A stretch of 43,118 bases of DNA from a bacterium (GTDB taxonomy: Bacteria > Patescibacteriota > JACMRA01), in the NCBI GenBank assembly GCA_043764315.1, contig JAYUKQ010000086.1, forward strand, positions 1 through 43,118, in the 5' to 3' direction. The translations under genes were made by a program, and so were the position numbers. The stretch's first letter is position 1; each line of letters starts with the position of its first letter. Below are positions 16,365 through 25,595 of this stretch, in pieces. The notes under the pieces are model-generated. The model was not told where the DNA came from. It made no database searches and worked only from the letters and a program-made list of their open reading frames with translations.

Positions 16365-19280
16365 ATGTCAAAAGACTCTTTCAAGCAGGAAATATATAAG
16401 TACAATTCGCCTAAATACTTATCAGATTTAAGCTTTACACCAAACCCAAACAATTTTATAACAGTTAGAGGTGCAAAAGAACACAATCTAAAAGATGTTT
16501 CAATAGTTATTCCAAAAAATAAATTGGTTGTTTTTTCTGGTCTTTCTGGCTCTGGTAAATCATCACTCGTGTTTGATACAATTTATGCCGAAGGTCAAAG
16601 ACGGTATGTAGAATCCCTATCCAGTTATGCTAGACAATTCTTGGGTTTAAAGGAAAAACCTCAAGTTGGTTCAATTGATGGCTTGAGTCCTGCCATATCT
16701 ATTGATCAGAAATCAACCTCACATAATCCAAGATCTACAGTTGGTACCACTACTGAAATATATGACTATTTGAGACTTCTGTTTTCTAAGGTTGGTATTC
16801 AACACTGTCCAGTCTGTCAATCACTAGTTTCGGGTGAAAGTGTTACCCAAATCGTTGGTAGAATATTAGAGCTAGAAAAAGAAACTAGAATTATAGTTTT
16901 AGCTCCGATTGTCTCTTCTCAAAAAGGTTGGCACAAACAACAAATTTCAGAAATTAAAAAATCTGGATTTAAACGTGTTAGGGTTGATGGAAAAATAATT
17001 TTGATAGAAGAGGCTGAAAAATTAGACCTTAATAAACAAGAAAAACACAGTATTGAAGTTGTTGTTGATCGTCTTGTTGTTGATGAAGATAACCGCCAAA
17101 GATTAATAGAGTCTGTCGAGGTCTCCCTTAAACAGGGTAAAGACAAGATGATGATACTACACACCAACCCTGATGGTATTGAGAGGGTTTTGTATTACAA
17201 CAAAAACAAAGCTTGTCCCAATGGTCATGGTACACCAGCTGACACTGAACCAAGATCTTTTTCTTTTAATTCACCTCATGGAGCCTGTACACTCTGTACT
17301 GGACTTGGGGTCGTAACTCAAATTGATGTTGACCTTGTTATTCCGTCTAAGACATTATCGATTATGGAGGGTTGTATAAGACCACTATCTCAACTTAGTC
17401 TTTCAGGTGGTTGGTTAACTAAAACACTTGAATCGATAGCTTCTAAGCTTAATTTCAAGTTAACAGAACCGTGGCAAAACCTATCAGAGGAGCAAAAATT
17501 AGCTATTTTGTACGGTTACGAACCCTTAAAATTCGAAGGTGTTATTAAGAACCTAGAAAGAAGGTACAAAGAAACCACTTCTGATTCCGCCAGAAAAGAT
17601 ATAGAAAGTTATATGACCAAAAAAGTTTGCCCGGATTGTCACGGAGCTAGGTTGAATAAAGATAGTTTGGCAGTTTATATTTGTGGTAAAAACATTTCTG
17701 AAATATCATCTTGGCCAATTTCAACTTGCTACAATTTTTTTGTTGAGCTGATGAATCCCGAAACAACCAAATTCAATTCTAGAGATTATGAAATATCCAA
17801 AATGATAGTTAAAGAGATAACTTCCCGTCTCAAATTCTTGAGTAATGTTGGTCTTGATTATTTAACTTTGGCTCGTTCCGCAGACACCCTTTCTGGTGGT
17901 GAAGCGCAGCGTATTCGATTAGCAACTCAAATTGGTTCTGGCTTAACTGGTGTTCTTTATATCCTTGATGAGCCATCAATTGGTTTGCATCAACGTGACA
18001 ACGTTAGACTACTTGAAACTCTCAAATACCTAAGAGATCTTGGAAATACTGTTTTAGTCGTTGAGCACGATGAAGACACTATTAGACAATCTGATTTTTT
18101 GGTAGATGTTGGTCCAGTTGCTGGTAAGAATGGTGGTCAAATAGTTGCAATGGGAACACCCGAAGACGTTATGAAAAATGACAATTCGCCAACTGGTAGG
18201 TTCCTTTCTGGTAAGGACAAAATTGAACTACCAAAACAAAGACGAGAAGTTGATTTTAATTCAAAACCAAAAGATAAAAACGGTCAGAAATTTGTAAGTA
18301 TTATCAACGCCAATGAGAATAACCTTAAAAATGTAACAATTCACCTACCTCTTAGAAAATTCGTTGCTGTAACTGGTGTATCTGGTTCTGGAAAATCCAC
18401 AGCTATTAATGATATATTATCTAATCATTTGATGAATTATTTTTATGACTCACACTTACCTATAGGAGATTTTGAAGAGATAACAGGTCTTGAGAATATC
18501 GACAAGCCAATTATTATTGATCAGAGTCCAATTGGACGTACACCACGTTCTAATCCAGCTACTTACACAGGTTTGTTCACACCTATTCGTGAATTATTTT
18601 CAGAAATACCAGAATCGAAGGCTAGAGGTTACACACAAGGTAGGTTTTCTTTTAATGTTCCAGGTGGTCGATGTGAAACATGTCAAGGTGATGGTTTGAT
18701 AAAAGTTGAAATGAGTTTTTTACCTGATGTGTATGTGGTTTGTGAAGATTGTCACGGAAGACGATACAATAGAGAAACTTTGGACATTACTTATCGGGAT
18801 AAAAATATTTCTGATATCTTAAGTATGAATGTGGAGGAAGCTTCTGAATTTTTTGCCAATCACAAGTTGATCAAAAGAAAATTAGATACTTTGATACATG
18901 TTGGTATGGGATATATTACACTGGGTCAATCCGCAACCACACTTTCTGGTGGTGAAGCCCAGAGAATAAAACTAGCAACAGAGTTATCTAAAGTTGGAAC
19001 TGGTAACACACTCTACATTCTCGACGAGCCAACAACTGGTTTGCACCCACTAGATGTCAAATTATTACTTGATGTTTTGCACAAGCTTGTCGATAAAGGT
19101 AATACAGTTCTGGTTATCGAACACAACTTAGATGTTATCAAAACAGCTGATTGGGTTATTGATCTTGGTCCAGAGGGTGGTGATATGGGTGGTCACATTG
19201 TTGCTGTTGGCACTCCAGAAACAGTAGCCAAATCCAAAGGTTCTTACACAGGTCAATTTCTTAAGAAAGTTATAAAATAG
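16365..19280 (+). CDS. uvrA: Excinuclease ABC subunit A
   Basis: 971 aa. Two ABC modules (GLSGSGKSSL and GVSGSGKST; LSGGEAQRI twice). Zn-finger CxxC pairs. Collinear with UvrA. Confidence 0.97.
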   Translation: MSKDSFKQEIYKYNSPKYLSDLSFTPNPNNFITVRGAKEHNLKDVSIVIPKNKLVVFSGLSGSGKSSLVFDTIYAEGQRRYVESLSSYARQFLGLKEKPQVGSIDGLSPAISIDQKSTSHNPRSTVGTTTEIYDYLRLLFSKVGIQHCPVCQSLVSGESVTQIVGRILELEKETRIIVLAPIVSSQKGWHKQQISEIKKSGFKRVRVDGKIILIEEAEKLDLNKQEKHSIEVVVDRLVVDEDNRQRLIESVEVSLKQGKDKMMILHTNPDGIERVLYYNKNKACPNGHGTPADTEPRSFSFNSPHGACTLCTGLGVVTQIDVDLVIPSKTLSIMEGCIRPLSQLSLSGGWLTKTLESIASKLNFKLTEPWQNLSEEQKLAILYGYEPLKFEGVIKNLERRYKETTSDSARKDIESYMTKKVCPDCHGARLNKDSLAVYICGKNISEISSWPISTCYNFFVELMNPETTKFNSRDYEISKMIVKEITSRLKFLSNVGLDYLTLARSADTLSGGEAQRIRLATQIGSGLTGVLYILDEPSIGLHQRDNVRLLETLKYLRDLGNTVLVVEHDEDTIRQSDFLVDVGPVAGKNGGQIVAMGTPEDVMKNDNSPTGRFLSGKDKIELPKQRREVDFNSKPKDKNGQKFVSIINANENNLKNVTIHLPLRKFVAVTGVSGSGKSTAINDILSNHLMNYFYDSHLPIGDFEEITGLENIDKPIIIDQSPIGRTPRSNPATYTGLFTPIRELFSEIPESKARGYTQGRFSFNVPGGRCETCQGDGLIKVEMSFLPDVYVVCEDCHGRRYNRETLDITYRDKNISDILSMNVEEASEFFANHKLIKRKLDTLIHVGMGYITLGQSATTLSGGEAQRIKLATELSKVGTGNTLYILDEPTTGLHPLDVKLLLDVLHKLVDKGNTVLVIEHNLDVIKTADWVIDLGPEGGDMGGHIVAVGTPETVAKSKGSYTGQFLKKVIK

Positions 19281-19570
19281 TTATTCAAAACCAATTTACA
19301 AAAGTCAATATAAATTTTTATAAATTTATTACAGGTTGCTACTCACTATTAGGCTCAAAAAAGACTACCACCACTAAAAAAAATCAATACAAGTTTTTTA
19401 TTCGATTAAAAATATCATCCACCTACCCACAAGAAAGAGCTTAGTTAGGATTGTCAAAGTTTGTTAAGTTTGGGGTAGTTTACTCTTGACAAGTTGAACC
19501 TTCTATATCTCACTTGTGGAGATTTTGTGGAGATTTTCTGTTTCAATCAAATCTTTTTAAATTTAAATTT

Positions 19571-20107
19571 ATGTCTATTTCAGCATCTAATCTATACTTT
19601 CTTCCATCTGGTACAGTCGAAGAATTCAATGTTATCATCGAGATCCCTTACGGTTCACAAAACAAATATGAACTTGATCCCTCTACTGGAGCTGTATTTT
19701 TAGACAGAGTTCTTTTCTCATCTGAATTTTACCCTTTTAATTATGGCTTCATCCCTTCCACCAAAGCCCCAGATGGTGATGCACTTGATGTAGCTGTGTT
19801 TTTGACTAATCCAGTCCCACCAGGTGTTGTGGTTAAGGCTAGAGCAATTGGAATTATCAAAAAAATTGACTCTGGAGATCAGGACAACTGTATACTTGCA
19901 GTTCCAATCAACGATCCAAGGTTTAAAGATATTACAGATATTTCACAATTACCAAAACACAAAATTCTTGAAATTGAGGACTTTTTTGCTTGTTACAAGA
20001 GGCTCCAAAATAAAGTTTGTACGATTGAGGGAACTTTTGGTAGGGAAGAAGGAGAAAAAGAAGTAGAATCTCACCTTAACAATTACCTATCACCAGAATC
20101 CAAATAG
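19571..20107 (+). CDS. ppa: Inorganic pyrophosphatase, family I
   Basis: IEIPYGSQNKYELD, YPFNYGFIP, DGDALDV and DNCILAV are family I PPase motifs. Start moved to ATG 19571 (MSISAS...). Confidence 0.9.
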   Translation: MSISASNLYFLPSGTVEEFNVIIEIPYGSQNKYELDPSTGAVFLDRVLFSSEFYPFNYGFIPSTKAPDGDALDVAVFLTNPVPPGVVVKARAIGIIKKIDSGDQDNCILAVPINDPRFKDITDISQLPKHKILEIEDFFACYKRLQNKVCTIEGTFGREEGEKEVESHLNNYLSPESK

Positions 20108-20260
20108 TTCTTACGTAAAAAAGTAATATTAATTATTGTATTATTTAGTAAATATTTCTTAATCTTTTAAAGATTATTGTATTGACAAAATATCAAAAAA
20201 TAGTCTAAACTAACAATCACTAACCTAAGTCAATTTTTGGCTAAACTAAATTATAATTAT

Positions 20261-20755
20261 ATGGCTACCCCAAAATCCAAAAAAACTAACATCGTCAACC
20301 TCTTAAAAAATGAAGTCAGCTCCCAAAAATCAATTGTTTTTGTAACAACTAAAGATACCAAGAAAACTGTAAATTCAATTGCTAACTTCGATCTTAGATC
20401 AAAATCTTACCATTCTGGTCTCAAAGTTTCCATAGTCAAAAATTCACTTATTCAAAAATCATTCAACACTGTATCAAAATTAACTGGTCAAACTTATATG
20501 GCTTATTTAATCAAAACGGAAGATACAAATGAAGTAATTGTTCCTAAATTGTTTATTAAGATGATCAGTAGTGATTTCCCAGATCAATTTAATGTTGTAG
20601 GAGCTTTGATTAACGGAGAATTTGTAGATGCTGCAGAAGCGATTAAGTACTCTAATATACCAACTAAAGATGAATCTTTGGGTATGGTTGCTGGAGCGTT
20701 AAATCAAGTTGCTGCTGGAATAGCTAGGGCTGTCAAAGCTATTAGTGAAAAGTAA
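20261..20755 (+). CDS. rplJ: 50S ribosomal protein L10
   Basis: Length and N-terminal pattern match L10, and the gene sits directly upstream of L7/L12. ATG 20261 is preferred over the TTG at 20237. Confidence 0.8.
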   Translation: MATPKSKKTNIVNLLKNEVSSQKSIVFVTTKDTKKTVNSIANFDLRSKSYHSGLKVSIVKNSLIQKSFNTVSKLTGQTYMAYLIKTEDTNEVIVPKLFIKMISSDFPDQFNVVGALINGEFVDAAEAIKYSNIPTKDESLGMVAGALNQVAAGIARAVKAISEK

Positions 20756-20784
20756 TTGTTTATTATACACCCAAAAAAATTAAT

Positions 20785-20808
20785 CCTGACTAGTATCAGG
20801 TTTTTTTT
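20785..20808 (+). terminator. Rho-independent terminator between rplJ and rplL
   Basis: cctga (20785-20789) / tcagg (20796-20800), followed by T8. Confidence 0.7.
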
Positions 20809-20951
20809 AATTACAAGCAATAACCCTATACACAATAAAAAATTATCTTGACAAGAAAATCAAACTTATGTTAACATAACCTAGATGCTGTCTAAACTTC
20901 TGTCGGTTTAGATTTTATTTTATTGTAAAATTCATCTGCAATTTTGTTAAT

Positions 20952-21323
20952 ATGTCCAAAACTCAACAAATCATCGACCAATTAAAAGAGCTATCCTTGA
21001 TGGAAGCCGCTGAATTGGTAAAATCTATAGAAGAAACCTTTGGCGTATCTGTTGCTGCCCCTGTAGCTGTTATGGCTGCCGCCGGTCCTGTAGCTGCCGC
21101 TGAAGAAAAGACTGAATTCAATGTTAAAGTAACTGAGGTTCCAGCTGATAAGAAAATCTCTGTAATTAAAGCTGTTAAGACACTTTTGAATATTGGTCTA
21201 GCTGATGCTAAAGCTAAAGTGGAATCTGCTCCTTTTGTATTATCTGAAGGTGTTAACAAAGAAACTGCCGAAGCTCAAAAATCTCAATTAGTTGAAGCTG
21301 GTGCTGTGGTTGTGCTTGAGTAA
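20952..21323 (+). CDS. rplL: 50S ribosomal protein L7/L12
   Basis: N-terminal dimerisation helix, Ala/Pro/Val hinge AAPVAVMAAAGPVAAAEE, and C-terminal domain KISVIKAVKTLLNIGLADAKAKVE...EAGAVVVLE. Confidence 0.95.
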   Translation: MSKTQQIIDQLKELSLMEAAELVKSIEETFGVSVAAPVAVMAAAGPVAAAEEKTEFNVKVTEVPADKKISVIKAVKTLLNIGLADAKAKVESAPFVLSEGVNKETAEAQKSQLVEAGAVVVLE

Positions 21324-21346
21324 TTATAAACCCAAATTACACCATT

Positions 21347-22123
21347 ATGTTAAGTTTAGCTAATCTATATCAATTGGGTACACACCGTGGAAACAGCAAA
21401 TCTAAGCTTAATCCGAGACTAAAAAATCGTGTGTATTCATACAAAAAGAATCTCTGTACTATTGATTTGGTCTCTACAATGGATTCCATTGTCAAAGTTA
21501 AAGATTTATTTCAAAAACTAGGTCACAAGAAAAAACAGATTTTAATTGTTGGTACATCTAATCATCTTTCTACCAATGTTCCTGAAATGGCTAAGCTGTT
21601 TACTAGTAACGAAATGCCTTATATCAACGCTCGTTGGTTGGGTGGTACTTTGACCAATTGGGTAACAATTAAGAAAAATCTAAAAATTCTTGAAAAACTA
21701 GAAAATATTCGAAATGATGAAAAATTTTTTGGCGCTTTAGCTCGCAATGAACAATTAAGTATTTCTCGCAAAATTGTGAAAATGAACAAGTTTTTTGTTG
21801 GTTTAAAAAACCTAAAAACTAATCGTCCTGGAGCTATTTTGGTTTTAGATTCAGCTTTAAATGATATTGCTATCAAAGAAGCTGAATTGGTTGGAATCCC
21901 TGTTGTCGCTTTGACTAATACTTTCATCCAAACTTTACCAAAAAATTCAAGTTACACTGTGTTGTGTAACAACAACTCAATTAATGCAGTTGACTTTATT
22001 GTCAAAGAGTTTGTTGATTCATACAACATTGGTTTAACAATGGCTATTGAGTCGGTTCAGAAGGAAAAATCTGAAAAGACTGCCAAGGTTGAACATATTG
22101 TAAGCGAAGAAGTTGTTGCTTAA
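21347..22123 (+). CDS. rpsB: 30S ribosomal protein S2
   Basis: LGTHRGNSKSKLNPRLKNRVYSYKKNLCTIDL corresponds to the S2 motif GxHFGHxxxxWNPKM..YI...R..IxIIDL. The length also fits. Confidence 0.85.
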   Translation: MLSLANLYQLGTHRGNSKSKLNPRLKNRVYSYKKNLCTIDLVSTMDSIVKVKDLFQKLGHKKKQILIVGTSNHLSTNVPEMAKLFTSNEMPYINARWLGGTLTNWVTIKKNLKILEKLENIRNDEKFFGALARNEQLSISRKIVKMNKFFVGLKNLKTNRPGAILVLDSALNDIAIKEAELVGIPVVALTNTFIQTLPKNSSYTVLCNNNSINAVDFIVKEFVDSYNIGLTMAIESVQKEKSEKTAKVEHIVSEEVVA

Positions 22124-22291
22124 CTAACTCCAACTTAAACGACTAAATTAGATTTATATACAAAGTAATTATAATTTTTTAAGCTAATTTTATAATTCCA
22201 ATTAAAGTATTCCAATAGTTTTAACTTAAAGAATATTTTTTATTTTTAGTAAAATCTAATTTAGTCATTTTAAATTTAATTTTTAATCACT

Positions 22292-22492
22292 ATGGCTTGG
22301 CAAAAAAACAAAATTTTGTTGGTTTCTGTGGAAGAGGTAACTCAACCTGATGGAACTATCAAGAAAGTCTATCATCGCTACGTGGTCAACAAATCCAAAG
22401 CAAAAGGTAAACCAATAAAAAAATTGGAACTTAAACGCTATAACCCTATTCTTAGGAAGCATGTCATTTATAAAGAAACAAAGTACAAATAA
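22292..22492 (+). CDS. rpmG: 50S ribosomal protein L33 (non-zinc type)
   Basis: The C-terminus KLELKRYNPILRKHVIYKETKYK closely matches E. coli L33 [23 protein letters not shown]. Confidence 0.9.
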   Translation: MAWQKNKILLVSVEEVTQPDGTIKKVYHRYVVNKSKAKGKPIKKLELKRYNPILRKHVIYKETKYK

Positions 22493-22495
22493 TAT

Positions 22496-22699
22496 ATGTT
22501 TAAAAGTAAATCCCGCGGTGCTATTTCTAAGAAAATTAAGGTAACTAATGGAGGAGATACCTCAAAAGGTAAATTTAAAATTGGTACAATTGGTCGTTGT
22601 CACCGCATGATCAAAAAAAATCGCCAACGTGTTTTGAACGGTAAGAAAAAGACTATGTTAAACATGTCTACTCACGCTCGTTTCAAAGCTATGTTGTAA
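22496..22699 (+). CDS. rpmI: 50S ribosomal protein L35
   Basis: 67 aa and very basic. The N-terminal KSKSRGAISKKIKVT pattern resembles L35 K-x-K-T-x-x-GA-x-KRFK-x-T. Immediately upstream of rplT, as in the canonical rpmI-rplT pair. Confidence 0.75.
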   Translation: MFKSKSRGAISKKIKVTNGGDTSKGKFKIGTIGRCHRMIKKNRQRVLNGKKKTMLNMSTHARFKAML

Positions 22700-22726
22700 T
22701 TTTCCGTTAATAATCTATTCTGAAAC

Positions 22727-23080
22727 ATGTCCAGAGTCAAAAAAGGTGTCGCCGCCTTAAAACATCGCAAATACCTTCTGGCCAGAGCAAAAGGGTTCCA
22801 AAATGCAGCTAAGTCAAAATTTAGGATTGCTAAAGAAAGACTGCTTAAAGCGGAATCCAATGCTTACAAATCAAGAAAACTACGCAAAAGAGAATTTCGT
22901 TCTTTATGGATTACCAGAATTAATGGTGCTCTAGACCAAATCGGTAGTGCAATGAATTATTCAACATTCATCAATCTATTGACCAAATCTGGATCAGCTT
23001 TAAATCGAAAATCTGTATCCGAAATTGCGCTTCGTGATCTTGAGGCCTTCAAGAAGTTGGTGGCTGGCTTAACTAAATAA
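22727..23080 (+). CDS. rplT: 50S ribosomal protein L20
   Basis: MSRVKKGVAALKHRKYLLARAKGF...YKSRKLRKREFRSLWITRING matches L20 from end to end. Confidence 0.95.
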   Translation: MSRVKKGVAALKHRKYLLARAKGFQNAAKSKFRIAKERLLKAESNAYKSRKLRKREFRSLWITRINGALDQIGSAMNYSTFINLLTKSGSALNRKSVSEIALRDLEAFKKLVAGLTK

Positions 23081-23091
23081 CTTTCACAATT

Positions 23092-23637
23092 ATGTCCCGT
23101 GTTGGTAAAAAAGTAATACAAATCGATCAAAGCGTTAAGTTTGAACTTAATGGAAATCAAGTCGTTGTATCTGGTCCGAAAGGCTCCATTTCTGCGGCTA
23201 TATTAGATTTCATTATTATCGAAAACGCTGAAAACAGTCTACAAATTTCTGTTAAAGATCCTAAAAGTAAATTCCAAAAAGCTGTGTGGGGAACAACTAG
23301 AGCTATTTTAGCAAATATGGTAACTGGTGTAACAACTGGTTTTACCAAAGAGGTAGAATTAAATGGTGTAGGTTTCAAAATGGAACTTTCTGGTCAAACT
23401 TTGACTGCTTACATTGGTTTCTCTCATCCTGTTAAATTAGACGTTGATCCCGCAATCAAACTAGTTTTGAACAAAAATCTTCTTACTGGAACTTCTCATG
23501 ACAAACAACTATTGAATAACTTCTTTGGTAATTTGCATGAGATGAAACCCTGTGACCCTTATAAGCACAAAGGATTCAAGTTCCCAGGTCGATTCTACAT
23601 CAAGAAAGTTGGTAAAAAAGGTGGTAAAGGTAAGTAG
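23092..23637 (+). CDS. rplF: 50S ribosomal protein L6
   Basis: MSRVGKKVIQI...VVVSGPKGSIS...NGVGFK...GFSHPV follows the L6 pattern. Confidence 0.9.
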   Translation: MSRVGKKVIQIDQSVKFELNGNQVVVSGPKGSISAAILDFIIIENAENSLQISVKDPKSKFQKAVWGTTRAILANMVTGVTTGFTKEVELNGVGFKMELSGQTLTAYIGFSHPVKLDVDPAIKLVLNKNLLTGTSHDKQLLNNFFGNLHEMKPCDPYKHKGFKFPGRFYIKKVGKKGGKGK

Positions 23638-23765
23638 AGTTAAAATACAAAATTAAAAATGCAAATCTATTTGGTAATTTAATTTTTATTATCTATCTTT
23701 TCATTGTTAGTTTTTTATCTTAATCTCAACAAACTTAATCAATTTTTAGTTTATATTCATATTCT

Positions 23766-24089
23766 ATGTCTACTCAAGCAATTAGAAAACGAAGAACTAC
23801 TCAAAAAATTACTTACTTCTATCCAGTCTTGACTGTGTCTCGATCCAATAAGAATATTATGGTTCAAGTTATTAGTCCAGAAACTAGACAAGTAGTTTTT
23901 ACAGCTAGTTCTAACAAATTAACTGGTATTAGCAAATCAGATCAATCTATTTCGATAGGTAAGACTGTGGCTGATTGGTTAAAAACTAACAATATGCCTC
24001 AAGCAGTTTATAACCGTAATGGTTACCTTTACCATGGTAGAGTAAAAGCTGTTGCTGAAGCTGTTCGTGAAGCTGGGATTATCATTTAA
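23766..24089 (+). CDS. rplR: 50S ribosomal protein L18
   Basis: The C-terminus NRNGYLYHGRVKAVAEAVREAGI matches L18 DRGGYxYHGRVKALADAAREAGL. Confidence 0.92.
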   Translation: MSTQAIRKRRTTQKITYFYPVLTVSRSNKNIMVQVISPETRQVVFTASSNKLTGISKSDQSISIGKTVADWLKTNNMPQAVYNRNGYLYHGRVKAVAEAVREAGIII

Positions 24090-24221
24090 TCCCTTTCTTT
24101 TTTAAATTTAATTATGCAGAAGCTTTAATTCTTATTTTACCTTAAGTTTGATTGTCAATCTGAATAAATTTCAGAATCCATTAAATTATAACTTAATAAT
24201 AAAAGAGTTAAACCCTCCGCT

Positions 24222-24977
24222 ATGACACATATTTTTATGTCAGAAGTACAAATAACCCCAACTCCAACAACTCCAGTAGTTTCAACTGCTCCAAAACCAG
24301 TTCAAAAAACTGAACGTACAGGACAAGCTAGTGGCCAAAATAATGGTCAACGTCGATCCTTTAACAGAACTCGTGATGGTAATTCATCCGCTCCTAGTGC
24401 AACTGGAGGAAGTCGTTTTGGTCGCCCTGGTCAAGGTGATCGCCGAAATAGTAGTGATCGCCCAAGTGGTCGCAACGATAGAGCTGCCGCTGGTCGCCCT
24501 GGTGGTCGCAATGATCGCCGCCAAAAAGAAAAAGAAGAACCCTTGTATGAATCTAAAGTGATCGAAGTTCGTCGCGTTACTCGTGTAGTAAAAGGTGGTA
24601 AAAGAATGAGATTTTCAGCTTTAGTAGTTGTCGGTGACCGAAATGGTAAAGTAGGATTTGGTTTGAAAAAAGGTTTAGATTTTGCAGATGCTGTTGCTAA
24701 GGCAACAAAAAAAGCAACCAATTCAGTTATTAAAGTTAGCTTGGATAAGAACAAATCTATCTCCTTTACTTCAAACACAAAACACAAATCTGCGGAAATA
24801 TTTCTCAAACCAGCTACTCATGGTACTGGATTAATTGCTGGAGGTTTTGTGCGTCCAGTTCTAGAACTGGCAGGTGTGGAAAATGTTTACTCTAAGATCA
24901 ACAGAACTCGTAACAAGATTCCTGGTGTTCAATGTGTAATCAAAGCTCTTCAAAAATACTCCAATAACAAGCAATAA
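24222..24977 (+). CDS. rpsE: 30S ribosomal protein S5 with a roughly 100-aa low-complexity N-terminal extension
   Basis: The core VIEVRRVTRVVKGGKRMRFSALVVVGDRNGKVGFGLKKG is canonical S5. It is preceded by an R/G/N/D/S/P-rich segment containing the repeat GRNDR...GRNDR. Confidence 0.93.
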   Translation: MTHIFMSEVQITPTPTTPVVSTAPKPVQKTERTGQASGQNNGQRRSFNRTRDGNSSAPSATGGSRFGRPGQGDRRNSSDRPSGRNDRAAAGRPGGRNDRRQKEKEEPLYESKVIEVRRVTRVVKGGKRMRFSALVVVGDRNGKVGFGLKKGLDFADAVAKATKKATNSVIKVSLDKNKSISFTSNTKHKSAEIFLKPATHGTGLIAGGFVRPVLELAGVENVYSKINRTRNKIPGVQCVIKALQKYSNNKQ

Positions 24978-24996
24978 TTATAACTAATATTTTATT

Positions 24997-25590
24997 ATGT
25001 CTTCAAATATAGAATTAATCAAAACTATTCGTTACAAAACTAACTTGTCTTTCAAAGATATCAAAAACGCCATTGAAGCTCTAAACACAGATAATGAGGT
25101 GGAAATTATTGATTATTTAAAGAAGCAAGGGGTTCTAAAATCTGCAGCAAAAGAAGGTCGTGAAGCAGCTCAAGGTTCTATATTCACGTATACTCACGAA
25201 ATGAGAATTGGTGTAATGATAGAAATCAAATGTGAAACCGACTTTGTAGCTCGTGGTGAAGACTTCCAACAATTAGGTAAAGAGCTTTGTTTACATATCG
25301 CCGCTTATCAACCAAAATTCGTTTCCGCAGAACAAGTATCTAAAGAATATATCGAAAGTGAACTTGCCTTAGCCAAAACTAAATTGGAAGAAGAGGGCAA
25401 AGCCAGTGAAATGATTACCAAAATATTGGAGGGTAAAAAATCTAAAATGGCTAAAGAGGTTTCACTTCTATCTCAACCTTTCTTGATGAATATGGAAATT
25501 TCAGTCGATGAACACGTTCGTCAATTAATGGCAAAATCAGGTGAAAACATACAAGTTAGCAAGTTTGTGGTGTATAACCTAAATGGGTAG
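24997..25590 (+). CDS. tsf: Elongation factor Ts, short 197-aa form
   Basis: UBA-like N-terminus (IKTIRYKTNLSFKDIKNAIEAL) and the core IGVMIEIKCETDFVARGEDFQ. Confidence 0.9.
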   Translation: MSSNIELIKTIRYKTNLSFKDIKNAIEALNTDNEVEIIDYLKKQGVLKSAAKEGREAAQGSIFTYTHEMRIGVMIEIKCETDFVARGEDFQQLGKELCLHIAAYQPKFVSAEQVSKEYIESELALAKTKLEEEGKASEMITKILEGKKSKMAKEVSLLSQPFLMNMEISVDEHVRQLMAKSGENIQVSKFVVYNLNG

Positions 25591-25595
25591 AATAT

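Noticed and set aside
19484-19515. ctcttgacaag (-35 element identical to the rRNA promoters) upstream of ppa, as a confident promoter
   Set aside because: No acceptable -10 hexamer lies at 16-19 nt spacing (tatatc is only 12 nt away), so it is not annotated as a feature.
19494-19703. ORF 19494..19703, and the 19514 start for ppa
   Set aside because: The pyrophosphatase alignment begins at MSISAS (ATG 19571). The upstream codons (MWRFCGDF...) look non-coding.
24331-24808. ORFs 24331..24561 (plus strand) and 24431..24808 (minus strand)
   Set aside because: Both are opened by the repetitive GC-rich segment that encodes the S5 N-terminal tail. The S5 frame carries the conserved domain.
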